A stretch of 64,000 nucleotides of DNA. It comes from Blastocystis sp. Blastoise. Lineage: Eukaryota > Protista > Bigyra: Opalinata. The number at the start of each line of letters is the position of its first letter. Position 1 is the stretch's first letter. The position numbers and the translations under genes were made by a program. Below the pieces are notes generated by a model. The model worked only from the letters and a program-made list of their open reading frames with translations, was not told where the DNA came from and searched no databases. The stretch covers positions 558,001 through 622,000 of the forward strand of contig JBBPEB010000024.1 in assembly GCA_039096225.1 (NCBI GenBank), in the 5' to 3' direction. This document shows positions 1 to 18,949 of this stretch, one piece after another.

Positions 1-300
1 ATTCTAGTAAATTATTCTATGTTATTTATATTTATATTATGAGCTTATACTAACATATATATATATATATATATACAATAGTATTAATAAAATATTTTCA
101 GAATATGGTATGTCTCAATTATTACGTCTTTCTTCATATTTTTCTATTTCACAAATCAAGAAAAATACATGTAAATAAATATATATAATCAATATAAATA
201 TTTTATTTTAGATGATAATTCAAAATATGAATCAATAATTCTTATAAAAGCATTTGAAGAAGGCATTTTTGATTCTTTAACTACATTAAGTGTTGGATGG

Positions 301-392
<92 letters not shown>

Positions 393-494
393 ATATAGTT
401 AAAGAATTAACTCATAAAATGTATAATAATTTGTTAAAAGAAATAATGACAACTCATGTATTTCCTAATGTTACTGAAATCATATATAATGATA

Positions 495-567
<73 letters not shown>

Positions 568-2761
568 CTTTCCAATTATCTTTATTAAAGAAAGAGTGTT
601 TCCCAAAATTACATATTATCAATTACGATATTGAAATTTGTAAATTTTTATATCTATAAATAATCATATATTTTTTTAATCCTAGATTCTTGTTCTTTTG
701 ATTCTTTTTTTCCGATTCATTTAATATCTATGATTGATACTATTCATATACATGAAAATTATTATGGTGTAGATAAGCAATTAGCTTTTTTAGATGATTT
801 AGTTTATACTAATTCAATTCATATTGACGGAATTGATATATGTACGTATATATACATGTATATATATATATTTAAAATAATAAAACTCTCTATATAATTA
901 ATTATATTCTTTCTTTTTTTATATAGATGATTTAATTAATAAATTTCCACATTTAGTTGAATTATTCGAGAGAAATCTGATTTCAATTCATAATCTTTCT
1001 AGTATGAACTATTTCTTAAATTTTCTTTATGTATTATGAACTATAATATATACTATATTTTCAATTTTATACAGTTGATTCTTCTGATTTTGAATTTATC
1101 CGAAAGCTATATTATTTTGAAAAGTATACACAAAATATTGATTGCTTAAGTATACAGTTCACAAGTATGTATTCATAATTTATAATAAATATATAGTTGA
1201 TATAGTATTCAAATATTTATATTAAATAATTTATAGATGATAATGATCATAATAATCATAATTATGATGATAATAGTTTTGGTGATATTTTTGGTGATAA
1301 TTATAATCATTATAATGATAATTATAATCAACTACATAAAATTGATATGAGAAATTCGTTAGAAAAATTCATGAAGAGTTATATATTACGAGATCTGAAT
1401 AGTTTAAATGTTTCGTGTATGTTTTACAATATATTATTATTATTATGTTTTATATAATATCTATAGTTGATTATAACGTAAATATAAAGTATTTAGAATG
1501 GATATCTAGTTTTATAAATGACATTAAGTTGAATTCTATTCAAGAATTATTTGTTGACTGTATATTATACTTTAAATCAAATATATATATATATATATAG
1601 TTCATTCTATCAAAACATATGCATCATCTAGTTATTTTTCAGCATTAGAGATAATTGTAAAAAAACTACTTTCCAAAACTTATATTGTTACTATAGAAGG
1701 TAATTATATATATAATTATATAATTAATAATACATTTTTAACTAATTTTACTATTATTATAAATAGGTGATATGGCTTTTATAAATCAATTAATAATGAA
1801 AGGCTGTTTTCATAAGATAAAATATCTAACTCTAAGTATATATATATATATATAATGTATATATCATATTTTGATATCCTATATTTTATTTTTCATCCTA
1901 TTCTAATATAAATAATATTCTAGATATAAATGATATGAATAATGATGACTTTTATCAATTATATACGACGGAAAATTTCCCTCAATTGAAATCTATCACC
2001 TTTCGTATATATTCATAATAATATATTATATATCATGAATACTTAGTAATACTTTTTTTATAATAAATCATTGTTTTTATTAGATTTTATATAAATCTAT
2101 AGGTACATTTTGTGATAAAGAATGGTGTAGAACTTTTATTCAGAATTTGTGTAAATATATTCATAAAAATAATTTTCCAACCTCAAGTATTATTCAATTA
2201 ATCAGTATATTACTGTTAAAATGAGTCTTTTTATTTTCTTTATAATTTTATTTCTATAGATAAAACGTCATTAAAATGTTATTATACTTATGATCCAAAT
2301 ACTTCTATTCTTCGTTGTAAACATTATACAATATCATTTATAGATACATTAATTGGTACAAATGGTATATATATATATCTAATTTATATAGTATCTATTT
2401 TATATAGATAAGTTGATAAGTAGATATGAGATAGAAACGTTATTTGATTGTATAAATGAAAATAAAACTCAAAATTTAACAAGCTTAAAATTATGTATAT
2501 TTATATATTATATTATTATTATTCTGTTTTTTATAGATATTTATGATGAAAAACACCTATCAAAACTTATCAGTTTTATTACTACAGGAAAAATACCAAA
2601 ATTGAGAGAATTCTATTTTATTATTAGTATATAAATAATAAATAATATTAATACATAATTCTATAGATCCTAGTATTTATGGACAAATTAATATTTATAA
2701 AAAACCATTGGAGGATTCTTTATTTATTCAGCAAAACCATGTGTGTTATAAATTCGATTAA
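1..2761 (+). CDS. Multi-exon BTB/POZ-LRR-like family 1, copy 1 (5' part outside window)
   Basis: GT-AG exons splice in frame (e.g. EIMTTHVFPNVTEIIY, ECFPKLHIINY, ENFPQLKSI, GKIPKLREFYF) to TAA at 2759-2761. Colinear with copies at 12.3-16.4, 16.9-20.8 and 62.9-64 kb. Confidence 0.8.
302..390. repeat. (ATT)n microsatellite inside an intron; representative of others at 14640-14900, 44055-44340, 47710-47810, 56490-56680
   Basis: Direct sequence. Confidence 0.95.
495..564 (+). repeat. Intron consisting only of GT(AT)33AG
   Basis: Removal joins IIYND to SFQLSL in frame, matching paralogues. Confidence 0.85.
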
Positions 2762-4558
2762 ATTAAGTAAATTTTTTTGAATATTTGTACTTTTCTATTC
2801 ATATATCTTTTTATTTTCACTTTTTTAATGATTATTTACGTTTCTATAAAATATATGTTTACTATAACTGATGTTTAATTCGAAAAGCATTGAATAATAA
2901 CAGTAAATATATATGTAAATTAATGTTAAATATATATTTTTTATGTATTGTATTTTTATTGTTTGTTATGAATTTACTGTTTTATATTTATTATGTATTA
3001 ATTATGGATAATAAATATTTCTAAATATTTTTTTTATTATAATAATATCATAAAGTATAGATATATAAAAATGTTTTATAAAAGTTAAATATTTATATTA
3101 TAGAAAAATAAATTATTTTTATTAAGAAATTTTATAATTATATTATATGAAATAAAAATGATTATAGCTTTAAAAATAATTATCACTTAGTTTATAATAT
3201 TATTTAATAAAGTTTGGTTTATACTTTATAAAAGTAGTTTCAAGGTAGGTGACAAAGTAATAGAGAAAATGTTTTGTTTATAAAAGATTTATTTATTTTT
3301 TTCATAGTAATTACATAGATAATAGTATTTAATATATATAGTATTAGATAATATAAAAATGAGTATGATATAAATATGTTAATAGTATTGTGTCAAATCA
3401 AATAGAATTATATATACCTTTTATAACTACAGAATAATATTTATATAAAAATAAATAATTGTTATTAATAAAAATGGAGATAAAAATGTATATGTGAGCA
3501 GTGAATATCTGAATTAGATTTATTTACATATTAAACAATATAATATATTATATTTTATAATTGATATTATGAATAATAAAATGAAATAGTATAAGTTATG
3601 AATTAATCCTAATGAATCTAATAATGATGATGATAAATAAAAGTTAAATATCATTGAGAATAATGTGTTGTTGAAAATAATATAAAACAGTAGATAATAA
3701 ATGTCTATAAGGAGATAACTGACTGATTTACATGATGGCTATAAGGAGTATAAAATATATTATGTGAAGAATTCTTAGAAGACTTAAATAGAAGAAAATA
3801 ATGATTCTTAAAAAAATAACTAGAAGGATAATGAAATTATAGGAAATAAATTAATATTAAATAAATAGAGAATGATAATTTGAATATATAGATATATATT
3901 AAATATATAAATTTAGGATAGAATTGGAATGATTATTAAAGGAAACACCATAGTCATGATTTAAATCAGTGATTCATAGAAATTATAATGATTAGAGTAA
4001 TACTGAATATTAATTGATATTCAAATAAACCATATGAAGAAGATTACAAACCAAAATGTAAATAAATGAAGGTATTTAGAAGTAATACATATTAATTAAT
4101 AACATAAAGAATATCTTAATTAATAATTTGCAGGGATTAGACTTCTTACTATAGCTAATTGAACAAAGAATGACAATTAGTTAATTGTTTTAGTTTATTT
4201 TAACAATACTCTTGTAGATTACATTGTTATAAAATAATTTAATAGATTAATTATCATTCAAAATGTAAATTAAATGAATAATATGGAAACATAAAAAAGA
4301 AATAAAATAAATCAATTACAATCATGTTTAATTCTTAAATAAAAGTAATAAAATCAAAAATAATCGTGAATTGATGAAAAAGTTGTTTTTCATAAATATT
4401 TACGATTATTATTTATTTTTACGCTATAAAAGAATATACTTTACAATTGAGTTTTTTAACTAGAATTTAGAATTAGAGAACCACATTTCTCTATATAAGA
4501 TAGAAAAAGAATTTTTATAAGAGTTTTCATTATTCTTTTACTCCTTTTTTTATTTAGA

Positions 4559-6130
4559 ATGGTAAAAGAGAAGGTAGAATTTGATGGTAGTAAGATTGCT
4601 GATATTCAGAAGGATGTAATTCATTTTGAAAGACTGATTGGTGATTTGATTGGTATTTTAAGTAAGTCAATAAGTTTCTGTATTCATTCAGGTGAATCTA
4701 TAAATGAATTAGTAAAGCAATCCGTAAGATATTGTGAAGGAATGAATGATAAGAATGGTGATGATCCACATATAATTATCCAAGATTCTTCATATATTTA
4801 TGAAAACAATATTAATGTGAATAATAATGATAATGGAATTGATTATATTCGATTCACTAATAATGGCTTAGTTTATTCTCTTCCTAAAAGAATAACAAAT
4901 AGTTTAGTAGGTAGTTTTATCTATGAAAATTCTCAAGAAGATAAAAGAAATATTTTTGGTGAAATTTATTTAGATTATCGTGGTGATGAAATACTTTTTC
5001 CTTTATTAATTGATTCTTTAATGAATAAAAAAATTAATGTTGATCAATTAGATTTTAAAGATCAACTTGAATTATTAGATTTATTTGAATATTGTGAATT
5101 ACCTATTCCTGAAGAATTAACGACAGTTCATTACCAAAGAGATTATAATATTAAGAAATATAAAGAAGGTGATGATGTTATTCTTTATATAAATGATAAG
5201 AAAGATGAACTATTAAGAGATTATTTGAAAAAGAATAGATTATTGAATAAGATTGTTAATGAATATGATGATGGATATGTTGATTATGATGAGAAGAAGA
5301 ATGAAATGTATATGAAGATGAATTATAAATATATTGATTATATTGATGAATATATCAAATATAATTGTATTTATATTTCTGAAGAAGAAATAAAGAGTAT
5401 AAATAGAGAATTATTAGATAATGAAATGTATAAATTATTTGGTATTAAAGGAAGAGATGAAGCAAGAGAAGCGATGATAAAATTTTTGTTCAAAGGAAGT
5501 AATATTATTTTTTATAGAGTATTAGAAACTCCATTAGTGAATTGGCTTGGTAAAGAAAAGAGATGGAAATTATTATTTAGGTATTTATTATTTTATTATA
5601 TTATTATATCATTATATATATAGAGCAAGTGATCATGACTGGAAAGCAAGTGAATTTCATAAATATTGTGATAATCAAGGAGAAACAGTAACTCTAATCA
5701 AGCATATAGGTCGTAATAATCATATTAATATATTTGGAGGATATACAAATCAAAGTTGGGATAGTTCAAGTGGTATATTTATTCTATATAATTATTCAAT
5801 ATGATTTACATAGATTGGAAACATCATTCTAAAGAATATCTATTTACCTTAAGTAATGAATATGATATTCCTCCTACTAAATATGATTATACTGACTACA
5901 ATAAAAAATTTGGTATACGTTGTCTTTCTTCTTATGGTCCAACATTTGGAGGTGGTGGTGATATCTATATATCTAATGATTGTCATAATAATAATAATTC
6001 TTATTGTTACGCATCTCGTTATTCTGAAGTGAATACTTTTCAGAAATCATCATTATTTGTAAACACAAGTGATGTTAATTCTAGAAATCAGTTTGAAGTT
6101 GATGATTATGAAGTATGGGGAAGAATATAA
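4559..6130 (+). CDS. BTB/POZ-like (two degenerate copies) + C-terminal TLDc protein, copy A, 2 introns
   Basis: TLDc motifs WKLLFRAS..FHKYCD..GETVTLIK..IFGGYT, YGPTFGGG.DIYI, EVDDYEVWG. N-terminal GEIYLDYRGD..LIDSL..LLDLFEYCEL resembles T1-type BTB. Confidence 0.88.
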
Positions 6131-6504
6131 TATATTATAATAAATTATGATTTCTTTTTATTAGCCTTTTTATATATATTGTTTTCTTTTCTATATTGAC
6201 AAGTTTTTTCATTATATATATTAAATTAAAAAAATGTAAAGAATAGTTTTGTTAATTGTTTTCTAACTGTATTTATACTATTAAAAGTTGATTAATAATA
6301 ATTAGTATATAATACTTTCAAGAGTAAATGAATACTTCTTTATTAAAAATACTTTATATAAATATATTTATTTTATAGATACATAAAAAAGAGTAAGATA
6401 TAAATCATAAGAATAAAATTAATTAAATATATGTAGGATAAGAATTCTATGATAATAATAAACATAAATACATTCTAATCTATTTAAATATGTTATATAT
6501 ATAG

Positions 6505-8793
6505 GTGATCATACAAATCAATGTGATATAGAATTTCAAATTGAATTACTTCATTTCTTTACAAGAACTCATTTCCCAAAGTTATCTATATATGATCTTA
6601 GTAAATATTATTGTTGTTGTCCATACGATACTAAATCCAGATTCACAAAATATTTAGTACCCTATTCACTTTTAGAATTAATAGATATTATATATATAAA
6701 GCATTCAAACTTATATAAGAATACATTTCCTATAAATGTAGAATCATTAGAAACTATTTTTCAAGTGAAGAAACATCATGATATTACTATTCAATGTATA
6801 TATATATGATTATGATTTTAAATAATAATGATAATAATACTATTTAGCATATATATTAATTGATACATTTAATGAATTAATGAAAATAGTATTATATTCA
6901 GGATTATTAATTGATTATGAGGTTTATTTTGATTGTATATTATTATATATATATAATTATTATATATTATTTATTTATATAGTTGATGATATATCTAAAA
7001 GTCTCAGTGATTATTCACTTATTGATTTGAACTTATATCATTCTAAATTCATTGATATCGGTATATATTTATTTTATAAAGTTATTTATATTAAAATAAT
7101 ATATTTTTTATTGAAATACTATATTTATAATAGAATATTCAGTATTTAAAATTAAATTATTATAATATATAAATATAGAAGCTAATGTTACAGATTATAC
7201 TATATTGCACAGGATGGAATGTATATATGAACGAATCAATTGCGATCATTTAGAAGCAAAATCTATTCACTGTAATCCTTTATTATTCTTTTCTTTATAT
7301 ATATATAGTAATTGATATTATAGATGAAACAATAAATGAGTATTATAATGAATATATATCATTCTTATCAACATGTAATTATACTACTGTGAATAAATTA
7401 ACAATAGGTATATGTAGCTAAACTTATAAACAATGAATATTGATTATATATGTAGGTAAACATCAATCTTATTTTTCATCATTTGAAATACATAATTTAC
7501 AATATACAAAGGAAATTAATGATGTTTTTTATAAATTCTTTTCATTATTTACAAATAATATTCAATATATATATATTTCAGGTATAAATACTGTTTTTAT
7601 TCTTATTTTAATATTACTTATAATTTATATATAGATTTTATTCTAGCAAAATATTAATTATTTTCAAAGGATACTATACAACTTCCTTTATGGTCTAATT
7701 TACAAGAATTATATCTTTATTTGAGTATAAAATATATATGAATATCTATTCTATAATTACTGCTTATATATATATAGATGATACTATAGAGAGTTTAAGT
7801 CTTACTCAATTTAATGAACTTGATAAAAGACAATTAAATAACTTGAAAATAGTATCTATTCTATGTCCTTGTATATATACTATGTTCTATTTTATACTAG
7901 AGTATTATAGTGTATTATTAATCAATTTTATATCTATATTTATATTACTCTTGTTTTTAATTATTATCTCTAATAATTATATATTAAACTATATATATAT
8001 GTATTTAATTATTTCAATTAATTAACTATATATTCTATTATTATATAAAATACTATTTAGGTTCTATTTCGTTTGATATGACTCATATATATACATTTAT
8101 TGATTCGTTCAAAAACACTTCTTTTTCTTCTTTTCAGAATCTTAATACGTTCAAAATATCAATTAAACCAATGTGTATATATATTCTAATTGAATTATTT
8201 ATCCTATTTATATACATATTTAACATTTTTTTCAATTTACAATTATTATTTATATTAATAAGTTATATATAATAGTAACTAGAATTCATCATGATTTTCC
8301 TATTCTATAGTTGGTGATAACACTATTGATATTCATCTACTTGAATCATTTTCATCCTTTTCATTCTATTTACATAAGCCAATTACTTCTATTATTATGT
8401 GTAAAGATATTTGTTGTTTTTGTAACTCTATTCAATCGTATGAAAACTATATATATACTCAATTAAACTCAAAGTATTCAAAGAATATTCAATACTTAGA
8501 AATATGTATTTTTATTATGATTTATATATATGTTTGTAATGTATATATATTATTTTAGTTATCTCAAATCATTCAGTATTCACAAATATTGTACAGTTAG
8601 TAGTAAAGGATACATTTCCATTCTTGAAGAGAATCAAAATATATTTATACTGTATTTTTTTAATATATAATTTATAATATATATAACATCATTTGATTTC
8701 AATGAAGAAGTGATATTATTACAGTCTTATAATGATACTCATTTATTCTATTGTGAAATTATTCAATGTCATTTACAAGATGATGATTATTAA
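6505..8793 (+). pseudogene. 5'-truncated copy of BTB-LRR-like family 2 (no BTB exons, no clear start)
   Basis: Exons homologous to the 3' part of 54152-59724 (FTRTHFPKLSIY, LWSNLQELYL, YSKNIQYL, FPFLKRIKI). Begins only about 375 bp after the TLDc stop. Last intron lacks AG at the expected place. Confidence 0.6.
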
Positions 8794-9155
8794 AGTTATT
8801 ATAAATAATTATTTATGTATATTCTATATTTATGGATTTATTAAGTTGTTAATGGATGCTTTATAAAGAAATTTTTTGAATTTATATTTGTTGCTTACAA
8901 AAAGTATTATATACAATTAATTCTAAAAGTTTTTTGTAGAAATGTTATTTTGTAGTTATAAATTTTTATTCACTCTAAACTATTCAATAGAATAAAATTT
9001 AAAAAATTCATTAATAGACTATATTATATAATATATGATTAAAAATTAAAAAAAATATATGTAACAAATATTATAAAGAATATAAAATAAAGTATATATA
9101 TAAATGAATGTATATAAAAAACTGTTGTGAATATATGTATTCAACTATTTATATA

Positions 9156-10693
9156 TTATGCTCTTCCCCAAACTTCATAATCTTCTACTTTATAATTATT
9201 TCTAGAATTAGCATTATTAGTATTCACAAATAATGATTTTTTTTGAGGAGTATTCACTTCAGAATAGCAAGATGCTTTACAATAAGAATTAGTATTACTA
9301 TGACAATCATTAGATATATAGATATCATGACCGCCTCCAAATGTTGGACCATATGAAGAATTACAATAAATACCACAACTCTTATCACTACTTATATAAT
9401 CATATTTAGTAGGAGGAATACCATGTTCATTACTTAATGTAAAGAGAAATTCTTTAGAATAGAATTTATAGCCTGAACCAGCCCAACTTTGATCAGTATA
9501 TCCACCAAATATATTAATATGATTATTATGGCCTATATGTTTGATTATAGTCACTGTTTCTCCTTTATTATCACAATATTTATGGAACTCACTTGCTTTA
9601 TAATCATGTTCGCGTGCTCTATATATAATATAACTAATAAATAAAGCATAATTTATATATACCTAAATAATAATTTCCATTTCTTTTCTTTACCAAGCCA
9701 ATTCACTAATGGAGTTTCAAAACATCTCTTTTCAATAATTTTTGAGTTTATAAATACAGTTGGTCTTCCCATCATTTCTTCTTTCGCAGCTTCCTTTCCT
9801 TGATCACCAAATAATTCAACCATTTCGTTCTCTAATAATTCTTTATTAATATCAATAATCTTATCTTCTTCTATATCTATATATCCATTCTTCACATATT
9901 GAGTAATATATTCAATACATTCATATTTCTTATTCATATATAAACTATCATCTATAGGATTATAATTAATCAATCCATTATCATAATTCTTAACATATTC
10001 ATTCCATAATCCATTCTTAACTAAATATTCTTTAATAATATCATTCTTATTTCCATTAATAATCAAAGAAACTTCATCTCCTTCTTCATATTTCTTCATC
10101 TTTCGATCTCTTCTTTCTCTACAATCTATTAATTCTAAAGGAATCACTAATCCACAAAATTCAAATAAATTCAATATTTCTAATTGTTCTTCATAAGAAA
10201 ATTGAGAAAAATCTACTTTCTTTCCATTCCAATAATCTAATAAATAATATACAAAAGCATCATTACCCCTGTAGTCAAGATATATGAATCCATCATTTGT
10301 TCTATATTCTTCATTACGTTGTTCTTCAATAAAAGAACCTTTCAAGGTATCCAAAACAGATTTCGATATTTGAAATACAGGACCATTATTCGTAAACTGA
10401 ATTAGATCATTATCATTATCATTATTATCATCCATATTGATATTCATATCTTCATTATTCTTTCTTTCATAAAAAGATTTCTTTTCAAATTCATTTCTTT
10501 CATCTTCCTTTTCAATACAATCATCTCCAATATGTTTTATAAGTCTATTAATCGATATTCCAGAATGTATACCAAGATTCATTACTGATCCAAATACATT
10601 AACAACATCTTTCATCAATTCTTCATATACATTGATATCCTCCTTCAATCTATTGAATTTATCAATATCAAAAAGTATTTTTTCTTTCACCAT
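9156..10693 (-). CDS. BTB-BTB-TLDc protein, copy B, 1 intron
   Basis: ORFs 9653-10693 and 9156-9554 are joined by a GT-AG intron after LLFR; full TLDc motifs present. Confidence 0.88.
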
Positions 10694-12309
10694 TAATGAA
10701 ATAAAGTTAATTAAATAAATTATTTATTTTCCCCTGTTTATTTTTATTCTTCAATTTATTTCTTTTATTTTTTTATTACTCTATTCTTATTCATATACAA
10801 TTATTAATATTATTTTAAATAATTAACATTGAGTATGATCTACAAAAATATGCTAAGAATTCTTTAAAATAAAAAGTTCTTTATGGATCTTCACTTCATT
10901 TATTGTTTTAAATAGATAATTGAATATTAATAAAAACTTCAAATGATACTAAAAGTAGAACCGTATATCTAATCAATTTATATTTCTAGCTTAATTTACA
11001 TTTTGATTAAAAAGTCTCTTATTTTACATATATACATTTTTATTTTTATTTATATGATATTTATATATTTTTATTTGGTAATTATTATTTATTTAACAAT
11101 AAATAATTATATTTTCTTGTAATCATTCCTGATTTCTGACTGAATTTAATATATTATTATTTATTTTTATATTATATTTATGAAATATGCATCTATTACT
11201 CAAATAAGATATCTTCTAGAACCTATTGACACAAGAATCTCTTCTTTATTTTCTCTCTCCTTCTTCTTACTTTTCCAATTTTTTATTTTTTTCTATTCTC
11301 ATAGTTTTTTTACAATAATTTATGAAGATATTAAAATCATAATCCTTATTATTATAGATGATAGATTATCTATATATATATGATGAATAACAACTATTTT
11401 TGATATTATATTCAATATATATATTATTGGTAATATAAAAATATATATTATTTATGTGTGTCGCTTATGTATTAATAGAGACAAATATAAATAATTAAAT
11501 ATGATTTTATTTTAACTTAATTAGTCCATAATTCTCATATAATATTCTGTGTATAAATTTTTATTAATATTATAATCTTAATAAGAATTAAATCACGAAA
11601 TATTTTATTACTCTCAATGTATTTTTATAAAAATATATTACTACCAATATATATATATATAATAATGTAATTATGATTAGAGTCATTTGTATTTTTTTAT
11701 TTAATTATATATATACTCATATCGTTATAAACTATTATATATTAAAGTGAAAAATATATTACGGTAAATAATTCATTTAAATTATTTTATAACACTTGTT
11801 GAAGAATTGTTATTTTTTAAATAGAACAAGTATTATAAAAAAACAGTAATAAAACCAAAAGAAATAGTTATAAAAAAATGAATCTTATTAATTCTTTATA
11901 TATATAAATTAAATTGTTTATCAAGAAAGTCATTAACGTTAATTCATTATATAAAAATAATGTTAAAAAAAACTTTAATTATACATGACGATATTATTCA
12001 AATAATTATATTTATGTAGTATTATTTATAAAGTTTAAACTTCATGAAAACTATAAAGTTAAATTCATAATGAACATTAAATAGCATTCCATAATATATA
12101 CTATTTATATATATTATAAAAATATATATTTTATTTAATCATAAGTATTTTCTTTCTTTCAAATGAAACACCAAAAGATAACAATAAAATTAAATAAACA
12201 CTTCATAGAAACATTAATACATGAAAAATAATTATGACAAGACATTTATACAAAAATATAATTATATAAGATATAATAATCATATATTCAAAAGAATTAA
12301 ATATTCTTA

Positions 12310-16447
<4,138 letters not shown>

Positions 16448-16709
16448 GACTCAAAACCAACTAAAATGATAAAATATTCAGATATTAATCAACTTATAAA
16501 AAAAATCATATACGCAATAAATAAGTAATACACAAATTGATATTATATATATTATTTATTTAATGAATCCTTACAAATAAAAAAGAATAAAACTTGTACA
16601 AGTTTTAGATAAAATTATCCTGAGAATAATTCAAAAATAACTCCGTTTACATTATATTTTCATGATTCTCATTCAGTCATTTTCAGATAATATCCTACTT
16701 AATAAATCA

Positions 16710-16769
16710 TTAGTGAATTGCAAAAAAAACCCGTGAAAAAAATTCACGGTTTTTTTTGTAATTCACTAA
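16710..16769. repeat. Near-perfect inverted repeat (about 27 bp arms, A5 loop) between divergent paralogues
   Basis: TTAGTGAATTGC(A8)CCCGTGAA-AAAAA-TTCACGG(T8)GTAATTCACTAA; one mismatch, one bulge. Confidence 0.9.
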
Positions 16770-16917
16770 AGTTTTGTTTGTTCTTTGATTCATGATTTAT
16801 TTTGTTTATAATAAAGTATAACAGTTTCTAAAGTATTTATTTATTGTATATATAACAAAATATATGTTAAAGCATATTAATATCGTATTACATTGTCATT
16901 ATAGTTGAATTCAAGTG

Positions 16918-18581
16918 ATGTCAACAAGTGATTTTCAATTAACAGAAGAGAAATGTATTTAAGTATCAACAAAACCGATTTATCTACTTTTATATTTGTT
17001 TACATTTCAAGATGAGACGAAATTATGGATTTCTAAAGAATTTATTGAGAAATATCAGCAATTTTCCTTTTATGATATCATTCAACACACTGAGAAATAT
17101 GATGATGGTAGTTATTATATGGATATACCTTCATTAAGCATGAATAAAGTGATTTCATTTTTTATGAAAAAAAATAAAGATATTGATTCATTAAATCTAC
17201 GAGATAGTTTTGATATATATAAAACACTTCTTAAACATTCAGTTACATTGGATAAAGAAATTCAAAGTGATTTATTATTTCATTTAAAAGAATTATTCTA
17301 CAACTATTTAAAAGACAATAATTATGATGTACCTGGATATTATTGTGAAGACAAAAAATTACATATGCCTATGGAATTGTACAATTTAGAAAAGAAAAAA
17401 ATATGTATTCAAGGTATATATATATTATATTATATTATATTATATATATATATATATATATATAGGATTAATAATTCCTCAACAAAAAGAAGAATTATTT
17501 TATTATTCTCTTCTTATTAAAATGATGAATATTACTACAGTTGAAATAGAATGTATATATATATTTAATATATAATAAATAACACTTAATATAGATGATT
17601 ATTCATCAAATATTCCAATTGAATATATATGTCCATCATGTATTAAAGATATATTCCCTTCTTTAGAAATTATAGATATATATGGTAATAATATCTATAT
17701 TATCAATATTTTATTATTATATATATAGCGAATACGCATTATAAGAAGACTGAACTATTATTAAATCCAAATAGTGATGAATATATAATGGAATATATTC
17801 GTTTATTATATAAAGATGAATCTAGAATATCTAAACGTAAAAAATATGAATATTATACTGAATCCGAGATGAATGAATATACTAAGATTTCTTCTTTAGA
17901 TCTTAATAAAATATATTATTCTCATGATATAATTGATTCCTATAATGACAAAAGACAAAAGAATGAATTACCTAAATTATATAAAGATATTGTGAAAGAA
18001 GCTATATATACAAGTGATTATTCAAATGTCGAAATAAGTGAAACAGAAGATGAATATATATTTAATGATCAAGTTAGCATTGAATATCATGGTATATATA
18101 TTATAGAATTATATATTTTATTATTATATTTATAGATAAAACAAATGATAAAACATTCATGTAAATAATTATATTATTTTATTATATTATTATATACTAT
18201 ATATATTTTTGTAATAGTATTGATCAAGTATCTACTGAGCATGGTATATCTCAATTATTACTTCTTCCTTCCTATTTATCTATTTCAAAAATCATTTTAA
18301 GAGCAGGTAAATAAATATATATAATAAATATAATTAGTTGTTTTAGAAATTTATTTTAATTATCAGGCTGGAAATATTCTGAAATTATTTGAAGAAGGAC
18401 TTTTTGATTCTTTAACTATATTAAGTATTGACAAAAGTATTTTTTTTTTAATAATTATTATTATCAAGATTATTATTCTATATAGTTCGACAAATAACTA
18501 ATGGATTTAATAAGAATCTATTGAATAAAATAATGACAACTCATGTATTTCCAAATGTTACTGAACTCATATATGATGATA

Positions 18582-18620
<39 letters not shown>

Positions 18621-18899
18621 CATTCCAATTATCTAAAATAAATAAACAGTGTTTTCCAAAATTACATATTATCAATTTCTATATTACAATAGGTATATTT
18701 ATCTATTAATACATAAATTATTTTTTTTTAATCCAGAAATCGACGATTTTGATTCTCTATTACCAGATAATTTAATATCTGTGATTGATACTATTCATAT
18801 AAATATTAATAATGATGAAAAAGAAGAAATAATTCGTCTTTTAGAAAATAAAGCTTATTCTCATTCAATTCATATTGATGGAACTGATATATCTATTTG

Positions 18900-18949
<50 letters not shown>

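Noticed and set aside
290-659. ORFs with IYIYIY, poly-L, poly-I or poly-Y runs (many across the window)
   Set aside because: They are translations of intronic (AT)n/(ATT)n repeats or off-frame readings of poly-Asn exons
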